Shown: positions 1 to 6,632, counted from the first letter of the stretch. The stretch: DNA of 10,962 nt from Spirochaetota bacterium (GCA_050298055.1 JBNKTL010000017.1:3948-14909); one strand, 5' to 3'. Translations and numbers: made by a program. The notes: generated by a model not told the origin, from the letters alone.

Positions 1-1758
1 TTGTCCCCTGAGCACTGTTGTCTCGCAGCCGAACCTGTGAAGGAGGTCCGGAAAAACATATGATGCCGTACCGTTAAAGCAGTCTACAATGATCTTCCAC
101 TTTTTCTCAATAAGAAAGTCCGGGTTGATATAATTTGTGGTGTTCTGTATGTAGGATTCCAGGTGATGAGTAGGATAGATGAGTTCTCCCGTTTCAAGTG
201 CGTCCTTTCGGGGATAGTCGCCCCTGAAGAAGATGTTTTCAATTTTTTTCTCATCACCCAGGGAGATCTGGTACCCGAGCCTGTTGTAAAGTCTTATCTG
301 GATAAACTGAAGATTGGTCAAAGGAGATATCTGTATATAAACCCCCATGTCGGCCTTAAGGAAACGTATGGAGTACCTGATAATCGGGACCGATTCTATC
401 TCCATGTCGCAAACGTCAATGCCCATTGCCAGGAGTCCCGCGGTGAACGCCCGTTTAATCAATCTGGCAGCGTTGGTTGTGTCCCTTCCGATTACAACAG
501 TGGCGTCCTTCCCCAGGTAGGCACCAACCGCGGAACCGAGCTTCGACGCAAATTCGGGAGTAATCTTTATATTGAACCTTCCGGAAATCCCGTCTGATTC
601 AAAGAGTGTCTTCTTCTCTGTCTGGCCCCATATGAGGTCCGTCGTCAGGCGCGTTTCCTGTTCTATTGATTTATCGGGCCACACCCTGATGTCCGAGGGG
701 ATGGTCACACCCATTCCCAGCCGGCAGTCATCGCTGACAACAGCACCTTCGTAAATTGTTACTCCCTCTTCGAGTACGCACCGTTTGCCGATTATGGCTC
801 CGCGGAGTTCAGATTTGGGTCCAATGACCGTGCTGTGGAGGATTATCGTTCTTCTTATAGACGCATTCTCTTCGATCACAGAGTTGTCGCCAATAACAGA
901 GAACTCTCCGATATCGGCCCCCTTCTTTACCCTGACAAAATTCCCCAGTACCACGGGAGGTTTTATGATTGCATCGGGGTGTATATCCACGTCCTTTCCC
1001 ACCCAGATGTCCTGTCCGATTTTCTTTCCTGAAATATCGAGGTTTACGAGCCCGTCAAGTATGTCCTTATGGACCCCTGAGTACATAAGGAGATTTCCCA
1101 CATCACACCAGTATCCCTCAGCCACATAACCGTAGAGAGGTACCTTTTTCTTCTGGAGCAGCGGAAAGAGATTAAGGGAAAAGTCGAACTTTGTGTTCTG
1201 GGGCACGTATTTGTTTATCACATCCGGTTCAATAATATACATCCCTGTGTTCGCGGTATCACTGAAGACCTCACCCCATGTGGGTTTTTCCATGAATTTT
1301 TCGATCTTTCCCTTTTCATCGGTTATGACAATGCCGTATTCCGTGGGTTTATTGACCCGTGTAAGTATTATGGTAAACTTGGATTTTTTCTTTTTATGGT
1401 AATCGAGAATGTCAGTTATATTGAAATCAATGATGCCGTCACCGCTGAGAACGATAAACGTCTCCTTTTCCTTTCCTATGGCCTGTTTGACGCCGCCGGC
1501 TGTTCCCAGGGGTGTCTCTTCCACCGAATAGGTTATATTGACATCCCATTCAGAGCCGTCTCCGAAATAGTTCTGGATGTTTTCGGGAAGATAGTAAAGG
1601 CTGATAATAATATCCCGGATATTATGCCGTTTCAGAAGGTTCACCGCATGTTCCACGACCGGTTTGTTGATAACAGGTATCATAGGTTTTGGCCTGTTAC
1701 AGGTAAGCGGTCTCAGCCTTGTACCTTCCCCCCCTGCCATTATTATCGCTTTCGTCAT
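1..1758 (-). CDS. Mannose-1-phosphate guanylyltransferase-like sugar-phosphate nucleotidyltransferase fused to a left-handed beta-helix and a phosphomannomutase/phosphoglucomutase-like domain (3' end outside the window)
   Basis: Manual minus-strand translation from ATG at 1758 gives MTKAIIMAGGEGTRLRPLTCNRPKPMIPVINKP (NTP-transferase signature), then ETPLGTAGGVK, VLSGDG, FMEKP and GYWCDVG. A hexapeptide-repeat-like region follows, then PGM/PMM-like segments (ITPEFASKLGSAVG, VIGRDTTNAARLIKRAFTAGLLAMG, VDCFNGTASYVFPDLLHRFGCE). Every segment I checked down to position 1 is in the same frame. SD AGGAG lies upstream at about 1766-1770. Confidence 0.92.
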   Translation of the reverse strand, partial: MTKAIIMAGGEGTRLRPLTCNRPKPMIPVINKPVVEHAVNLLKRHNIRDIIISLYYLPENIQNYFGDGSEWDVNITYSVEETPLGTAGGVKQAIGKEKETFIVLSGDGIIDFNITDILDYHKKKKSKFTIILTRVNKPTEYGIVITDEKGKIEKFMEKPTWGEVFSDTANTGMYIIEPDVINKYVPQNTKFDFSLNLFPLLQKKKVPLYGYVAEGYWCDVGNLLMYSGVHKDILDGLVNLDISGKKIGQDIWVGKDVDIHPDAIIKPPVVLGNFVRVKKGADIGEFSVIGDNSVIEENASIRRTIILHSTVIGPKSELRGAIIGKRCVLEEGVTIYEGAVVSDDCRLGMGVTIPSDIRVWPDKSIEQETRLTTDLIWGQTEKKTLFESDGISGRFNIKITPEFASKLGSAVGAYLGKDATVVIGRDTTNAARLIKRAFTAGLLAMGIDVCDMEIESVPIIRYSIRFLKADMGVYIQISPLTNLQFIQIRLYNRLGYQISLGDEKKIENIFFRGDYPRKDALETGELIYPTHHLESYIQNTTNYINPDFLIEKKWKIIVDCFNGTASYVFPDLLHRFGCETTVLRGQ

Positions 1759-1806
1759 GGTTGATCTCCTGAAGAAAAAAAGAGTTTAAGCTTTTTATAA
1801 TTCTAG

Positions 1807-1946
1807 TAACTACTCAGCTGTATATAACAAAAAAATTAACCTGTTTACCTATAATACCAACTGAGATGCCTTCGGTGGCGGAGACATCTCAGTTATGTTT
1901 TTATATTATTTGAGCATTCTTAAATAGATACATAGCTGAGTTGTTA
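1807..1946. repeat. MITE-like / structured inverted-repeat element with an internal hairpin
   Basis: Terminal IR TAACTACTCAGCT (1807-1819) / AGCTGAGTTGTTA (1934-1946), 12 of 13 complementary. Internal hairpin AACTGAGATG (1859-1868) / CATCTCAGTT (1885-1894), perfect over 10 bp and extendable inward around a GTGG loop. Confidence 0.6.
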
Positions 1947-1949
1947 GAA

Positions 1950-1979
1950 ATTGTATTCATAATAAATGAACAATGTCAA
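1950..1979 (-). promoter_or_regulatory. Putative sigma70 promoter for the nucleotidyltransferase gene
   Basis: Minus strand reads TTGACA (1979-1974), 18-nt spacer, TACAAT (1955-1950), pointing towards the ATG at 1758. Confidence 0.5.
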
Positions 1980-2003
1980 TCAAAATTACAGGCATATAAT
2001 AAA

Positions 2004-2049
2004 TACTCAGCTCTGTGATATTTTTCGACTTATGGCTGAGCAGTTAGAA
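2004..2049. repeat. Short second copy of the same inverted-repeat element
   Basis: TACTCAGCT (2004-2012) is identical to 1811-1819. GGCTGAGCAGTTAGAA (2034-2049) matches AGCTGAGTTGTTAGAA (1934-1949) at 13 of 16 positions. Confidence 0.55.
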
Positions 2050-2154
2050 TTAATGATTGATTTTCATTTAACGCAGGTTAATATGTCAATGACAGACCAT
2101 GCTTTTTGAGTAAAAAAAGCATATGATGAAAATAGTTATAGAGGTGGTAGAGAA

Positions 2155-2346
2155 ATGGGTAAACCGTCATGTGAAAAGTGCCCGATCAGGGGCAAGTACG
2201 ACGCCAATCAAAAATCGTTGCTGGGCCGAATCTGGAGGTTCCACATTAACTTCTGTCCCGGATGGAAAAAATATATGACCATGATGCCCGCGGAAGAACG
2301 GGCTGTGATCAAACAGAAATATAATATCACTACTGAAAGATATTAA
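2155..2346 (+). CDS. Small hypothetical protein (63 aa) with a C-x2-C-x20-H-x3-C motif, possibly metal-binding
   Basis: SD-like GAGGTGG upstream; non-overlapping ORF; C6, C9, H30, C34 and a W-x-x-H-x-x-x-C-P-G-W segment that I recall from small uncharacterised proteins of anaerobes (not verified). Confidence 0.75.
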   Translation: MGKPSCEKCPIRGKYDANQKSLLGRIWRFHINFCPGWKKYMTMMPAEERAVIKQKYNITTERY

Positions 2347-2473
2347 GCTCAGTTTAATTAATTATTGAATGATAGACTGTACATGAGTATTTTGTGGAGA
2401 GAAGCTGTTGTGTTAATCATCAGCGGGAGGGGAATTTCTTTCTCGTTTAAAAACTGCTTTGTGAGGCCGTAAG

Positions 2474-3028
2474 ATGAAATCACTTCGTAAGACAGATTTT
2501 CATAATATGAGAGAATATCAAAGGAGTAACAATTCGAGAAAGGCATTCATGGGGAGAATTGATGAGGAAGAGTTCTTTCCCATTGATATTGTGGAGCTGA
2601 TACTCCTGAAAGAAGGCTTTATTGAAAGATTTGAAGATTTTGGCGATTTGACATTTGATGATGATGATCTTTTTGATGAAAAGCTTGCTGAATACCAGAT
2701 GAGAGAGAAATTCCTCGAATTATATAACGAACTTCTGGTGGAGATCTTCAATGAATTTGAGGATATGATAGTTGTCAGGTCGGGGGGGACTGTTGTGAGC
2801 AATGAAAAAGGCAGAAGACAGGAAGACCAGATCATGGTGAGAAGGATTATCGGCTACGATGATAAAAACAGGATTAACCTTGCATACAGGAGAGGGTATG
2901 ATTCAGAATTTGCATTTTTTTCCAACTTGAGAATAAGATCGGACTTTGCAAAAGACCTCGAATACAAAGATTTCATTAAGGAACAGATTAATCTTTACTA
3001 CGTAAAACAGGAACTGATCAATTCCTGA
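2474..3028 (+). CDS. Acidic hypothetical protein (184 aa)
   Basis: Long ORF filling the gap, purine-rich coding-like composition, GAGG 7 nt upstream of the ATG. No recognisable motif. The true start could be a later Met. Confidence 0.75.
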   Translation: MKSLRKTDFHNMREYQRSNNSRKAFMGRIDEEEFFPIDIVELILLKEGFIERFEDFGDLTFDDDDLFDEKLAEYQMREKFLELYNELLVEIFNEFEDMIVVRSGGTVVSNEKGRRQEDQIMVRRIIGYDDKNRINLAYRRGYDSEFAFFSNLRIRSDFAKDLEYKDFIKEQINLYYVKQELINS

Positions 3029-3105
3029 TCCTTTTCCCTCATCCCGGAAAATAATTTTGTAACGCATGGGATCATCAAATCGATCACCTGTTCCCGCCTA
3101 AGTTC

Positions 3106-3134
3106 TTGACAGGATAAAAGCTGGGGAATATTAT
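3106..3134 (+). promoter_or_regulatory. Putative sigma70 promoter for the HEAT-repeat gene
   Basis: TTGACA (3106-3111), 17 nt, TATTAT (3129-3134). Confidence 0.65.
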
Positions 3135-3161
3135 TTTCAAATATTGGATTTCAGGGCACAG

Positions 3162-3950
3162 ATGAGAACACATTTTTTTATATTTTCCCTTTCAGCATTA
3201 ATATCTTTTATATCTCCTGCTGAAGCCAGATCTCTTCTGGAACATCTCAGAACAGGATCATTTGAACAGCAGTTGGCCGCTATCTATTATTTCGGATATT
3301 CGGGAAACAAAAAAGCCTTCTGGTATTTCGTTAAGAATCTTGACAGGGAGTTTGACGGTGAAGCAGACAGGTCATGGGGTATGAGGTTTCGCAGGGCATC
3401 GGCTGTGTCACTGGGCAGGTTAAAGGATAAGAGAGGAATCCCGTTTCTCGTAAAAAGGTACGGGCAGGAAAAGAACCCTGTTGTTAAACGGGCCATAATG
3501 TTCGGACTCAGCTTTTACGGCAGGGGTGAAGGAGTGGCGGATATCATTAGAGATGGATTAGTCTCAAGTAACAGGGAGTTGATGATAGAAGCTGTTGCCA
3601 CTGCCGCAATAACAGGAGATAAAGGATTTGTCCCTTTAATAAGGAAGATCCAGAATGGTTCTTCGGATCCTGAAGTGAAACTTGTAACTGCGTATGCTCT
3701 CATTAAACTCGGTGAAGAGTCCGGGGAACAGATCAAATCAATTACATCGATACTGAAAAGTCCCCGGCCGGAACTGCGGTTTCTTGCAGCATACTATCTT
3801 TCACAGACTGATTCCACTGGAGCGATTGATGATATCATCAAGGCAATTGAGATCGAGATCTATTCATGGGTGCGCAGGGAGATGGAATTGTGTCTGTACA
3901 GACTCAATACAATCAGGAGGGAGTTAAAGGAAAAGGAAGATCCCTTCTAG
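3162..3950 (+). CDS. HEAT-repeat protein with predicted Sec signal peptide
   Basis: Repeated HEAT-like units (RFRRASAVSLGRLKDKRGIPFLVK, PVVKRAIMFGL, PEVKLVTAYALIKLG, PELRFLAAYYLSQ). N-terminus MRTHFFIFSLSALISFISPAEA ends in an A-x-A site. ATG 3162 is preferred to the start at 3144 because the promoter -10 ends at 3134. Confidence 0.85.
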   Translation: MRTHFFIFSLSALISFISPAEARSLLEHLRTGSFEQQLAAIYYFGYSGNKKAFWYFVKNLDREFDGEADRSWGMRFRRASAVSLGRLKDKRGIPFLVKRYGQEKNPVVKRAIMFGLSFYGRGEGVADIIRDGLVSSNRELMIEAVATAAITGDKGFVPLIRKIQNGSSDPEVKLVTAYALIKLGEESGEQIKSITSILKSPRPELRFLAAYYLSQTDSTGAIDDIIKAIEIEIYSWVRREMELCLYRLNTIRRELKEKEDPF

Positions 3951-4474
3951 AAGCTGTAGAGCATATACCCGATTATCCCGTCACTTTTTATTATACCGAA
4001 GGTCCTGCTGTCGTATGCATTGTCCAGGTTGTCTCCCAGAAAAAAATACTCTCCCTTCCCGAGCATCAGTTTCTTCATATTATCTCTGTAAGTAAACCAG
4101 GAGGGGAAATCCCTCATATCATCTCTTTTTATTTTCCCGGTGAATCCAATCTGTTTCCCATTGATGGATATCTTTTTATTTTTTATTTCGATAACGTCCC
4201 CTTCAGCTGCCGTGAGCCTTCTGAGCAGCACCCTCTTGTTATCAACGGGGCTTTTAAAGAGAACAATATCTCCTCTTCCGGGCACCCCGATTTTGAAGAT
4301 AATGACCCTGCTCTTTTCTTTAAGTCCGGGAAGCATTGCGTCATCTCCGGTCACATATGTCGTAAAAAGTATATGTGAAATTATAAGGCCGGCAAACAAA
4401 CCTGCCGCCAGTAGTATAATTTTTTTTATAAGCTGTTGGCCCGGTCTCTTTGCGTACTCTTCGCTGTAAAGCAT
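3947..4474 (-). CDS. Signal peptidase I (S26 family) homologue, predicted catalytically inactive
   Basis: Single N-terminal TM (IILLAAGLFAGLIISHILF), box B-like DDAMLPGL, box C RGDIVLF, box D-like LLRRLTAAEGD, box E YFFLGDNLDNAYDSRTFG. Strong SD GGAGGAG at 4486-4480. Confidence 0.9.
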   Translation of the reverse strand: MLYSEEYAKRPGQQLIKKIILLAAGLFAGLIISHILFTTYVTGDDAMLPGLKEKSRVIIFKIGVPGRGDIVLFKSPVDNKRVLLRRLTAAEGDVIEIKNKKISINGKQIGFTGKIKRDDMRDFPSWFTYRDNMKKLMLGKGEYFFLGDNLDNAYDSRTFGIIKSDGIIGYMLYSF

Positions 4475-4694
4475 CCTGTCTCCTCCGGAATTATTCGTCC
4501 CTTATGCATTTGAATTAAGAGCTGTTTTTTTTTCAATGAGATATTTATTTTTGTTCAATAACATGTCTGTTATTTACATAGTTGAGGAGTCATATTGTCT
4601 TTTAAAAAATTCTAAAATAAACCACATTATGTCTTATGGAGACTAAAGTAGCCGAACAATTGTATTCTTCTATAAAAAATTAACTATTAATTTC

Positions 4695-4723
4695 TTGACA
4701 GAGAATTCCCTGTATTATATTAT
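4695..4723 (+). promoter_or_regulatory. Putative sigma70 promoter of the flaA2-flaA1 operon
   Basis: TTGACA (4695-4700), 17 nt, TATTAT (4718-4723), in an AT-rich intergenic region. Spirochaete flaA genes are generally sigma70-transcribed. Confidence 0.7.
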
Positions 4724-4810
4724 TAAAATAATAATGAATAATATTTTTTATTCTAAATTTTCAATATTGTCATACCGAATTAGATAAACGAGAGAGGTGG
4801 TTTTTTATCT

Positions 4811-4856
4811 TTATCAAGGATGGTAATGATAAGAGGCACATAATAACAAGGAGTTA
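4811..4856 (+). promoter_or_regulatory. Two putative CsrA/RsmA-binding GGA hairpins in the flaA2 leader
   Basis: TTATCA[AGGA]TGGTAA (4811-4826) and TAAC[AAGGA]GTTA (4844-4856). The second overlaps the Shine-Dalgarno. Confidence 0.5.
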
Positions 4857-4859
4857 ACA

Positions 4860-5639
4860 ATGAAAAGGACTGCCAGAAACTTTATATTATCGGTATCAAT
4901 CGGACTTATTGTGCTTTTTCTTGGTAACGGAAGTCTTAGATTAAACGCACAACCTGCTGGTACCACCACCGGTGGAACGACTACAAAGACTGAGAAAAAG
5001 AGGCAAGATGGTCTGGTTATTGACTGGATGAATGATTTTGAGGCCTGTGAAGACTGGAGAGCAGTATCAACGTGCCCTCTTGGTGATACAAAAATTAGAA
5101 AGATACCGGGTAAACCGCGACCTGTTAATGCGGAGGGAAAACCCATTGATGAAGCAGGTAGTCCCGGTGAATTCAAAGCTGAAATTACTGATGAAAATGG
5201 AATTAATCATAAAAATGAATATGTCCTTGGCATCAAAACCTATTTCCTTGATCGGGGATTTGACAGGGTTGAAGTTTTTCCGCCAAATGAATATATAATC
5301 AGGGGAAAGGCCCGCGAGATGAAGGTCTGGGTACTCGGAAGAAAGTTCAGACATACTCTCTATGTAAAGCTGAGGGACTTCAGGGGGCACATACATAAAA
5401 TTAAAATAGGAAGGCTTGACTTCTGGGGATGGAAAGAACTTTCAGTTATCATCCCGGGATGGCTGCCCCAGTCTACAAGCTATGCGGTTCTTGATAAAAA
5501 CCTGCACTTTGTTTCCTTTTTTGTTGAGAGTGATAGATATGAATTACCCGGTACATTTTATTTCTATCTTGATCAGTTCAGGGTAATAACAGACCTGTCA
5601 GAATTTACCGGTGATGAAACAATTAAGGATACATGGTAG
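4860..5639 (+). CDS. flaA2: Flagellar filament outer layer (sheath) protein FlaA, Leptospira FlaA2-type
   Basis: Signal peptide, then motifs I recognise from Leptospira FlaA2: FE..EDWRA.ST.PLG.TK, DRGFDRVEV.PP.EY.I.GKAR, LGRKFRHTL, GRLDF.GW, LDKNLHFVS and C-terminal IKDTW. SD AAGGAG. Confidence 0.93.
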   Translation: MKRTARNFILSVSIGLIVLFLGNGSLRLNAQPAGTTTGGTTTKTEKKRQDGLVIDWMNDFEACEDWRAVSTCPLGDTKIRKIPGKPRPVNAEGKPIDEAGSPGEFKAEITDENGINHKNEYVLGIKTYFLDRGFDRVEVFPPNEYIIRGKAREMKVWVLGRKFRHTLYVKLRDFRGHIHKIKIGRLDFWGWKELSVIIPGWLPQSTSYAVLDKNLHFVSFFVESDRYELPGTFYFYLDQFRVITDLSEFTGDETIKDTW

Positions 5640-5676
5640 AATTAATATGATGAGCGATAAGAATGGAGGCTTGCAA

Positions 5677-6576
5677 ATGAAAAGTATCATAAAAAGGCTT
5701 TTTCTGTTAGCGTTATGTATGCATGTAGTCATAATAACGGGCCTTATTATGCCAAGAACAGCAGAGTCGAAGATTGTTACCAACGTCCCTGCTGATATAA
5801 GTGGTGAAGAATTAAGGGCGCTTGTTATAGAGGATTTTGAAGGGGCAACGGTAGGGGGTGACGGCTGGACCATAAAATCGACACCGAAGCAGTTTACCAG
5901 TGAGAGTACCTCGGAAAAACTCAAAATGAAAAACCCGGTTCCTTCCCTGGAGCTTAAAATTATCAGCGGCAAACCCAATGACCTTGTTGTGGAGGAGTGG
6001 TCGCTTACCGGACAGGGGAAAACGAAAGAGAAGTGCCTGGGAGTTCACTGGAGATTCAGGTACCCGGGTCACAATGCTGTGAGTTTAATCCCTCCAAAAG
6101 AGTTAAGCTGGAAGGATAAAACTCCTTCTTATACATACCATTCCAGTACAAACCAGAATGTACAGGAGAGGGGCATACAGCTTCCGGGAAGGTCAAAGGC
6201 TATTTCAATCTGGGTCCACGCACGGGGAAGGCCCTATACTCTTGAAGTCTGGGTCAAGGACTATAAGGGCAACACGCATGTTCTCCCTTTTGGTTCAATA
6301 AACTTTGTAGGTTGGCGTCCCCTGAAGGTCTATATTCCCATGACCATACCCCAGGAGGAGCCATCATATCCTGCGACAAGGATCACAAAGATCACCCGGT
6401 TTGTTATCAGGGCCACACCAAGGGCGATCCCGGGCGATTCATATGTATTCCTGGACCAGATAAAGGTCCTTACTGATACATATGAGGTCAATTTTGACGG
6501 TCAGGATCTTCACAAGGCTTTTGGCGGCGGAGGAAGTTCAAAACCTAAAGGCGGCGGAGGAACCGGCCAAAAATAA
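5677..6576 (+). CDS. flaA1: Flagellar filament outer layer (sheath) protein FlaA, FlaA1-type (299 aa)
   Basis: SD GGAGG (5665-5669) before ATG 5677; hydrophobic signal peptide; FlaA motifs LPGRSKAISIWVHARG, KDYKGNTHVLPFGSINFVGWRPL, IPQ and FLDQIKVLTDTYEVNFDG. Confidence 0.92.
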   Translation: MKSIIKRLFLLALCMHVVIITGLIMPRTAESKIVTNVPADISGEELRALVIEDFEGATVGGDGWTIKSTPKQFTSESTSEKLKMKNPVPSLELKIISGKPNDLVVEEWSLTGQGKTKEKCLGVHWRFRYPGHNAVSLIPPKELSWKDKTPSYTYHSSTNQNVQERGIQLPGRSKAISIWVHARGRPYTLEVWVKDYKGNTHVLPFGSINFVGWRPLKVYIPMTIPQEEPSYPATRITKITRFVIRATPRAIPGDSYVFLDQIKVLTDTYEVNFDGQDLHKAFGGGGSSKPKGGGGTGQK

Positions 6577-6632
6577 AATCTGTTGTGGTTAATACTATTT
6601 AAGTAAATTTTATTAAATTAAATATTATTATT

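Noticed and set aside
163..1764. Six plus-strand ORFs in the track (163-597, 572-754, 785-1129, 835-1032, 1193-1402, 1396-1764)
   Set aside because: Antisense shadows of the real minus-strand nucleotidyltransferase gene, which has clear family motifs.
1956..1970. TTCAT-N5-ATGAA operator-like palindrome in the promoter spacer
   Set aside because: Only 5-bp arms in AT-rich DNA; easily produced by chance.
1807..2049. CRISPR array from the recurring CTCAG/CTGAG motifs
   Set aside because: The copies are short, alternate in orientation and are irregularly spaced; no cas genes.
3866..4469. Plus-strand ORFs 3866-4378 (170 aa) and 4140-4469
   Set aside because: Antisense to the S26 homologue; no motifs.
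3947..4474. Calling the S26 gene a functional lepB, or a pseudogene
   Set aside because: The catalytic Ser and Lys are absent, so it is not called lepB. There is no frameshift or stop and the SD is strong, so it is not called a pseudogene.
4644..4781. Possible sigma28 promoter pieces (TAAAG/GCCGAACA at 4644-4658; TAAA...ACCGAATT at 4754-4781)
   Set aside because: Spacing and -10 match do not fit TAAA-N15-GCCGATAA, and a good sigma70 promoter is present.
5611..5676. Longer N-terminus for flaA1 given in the ORF track
   Set aside because: It overlaps flaA2. The SD GGAGG and the signal peptide support ATG 5677.
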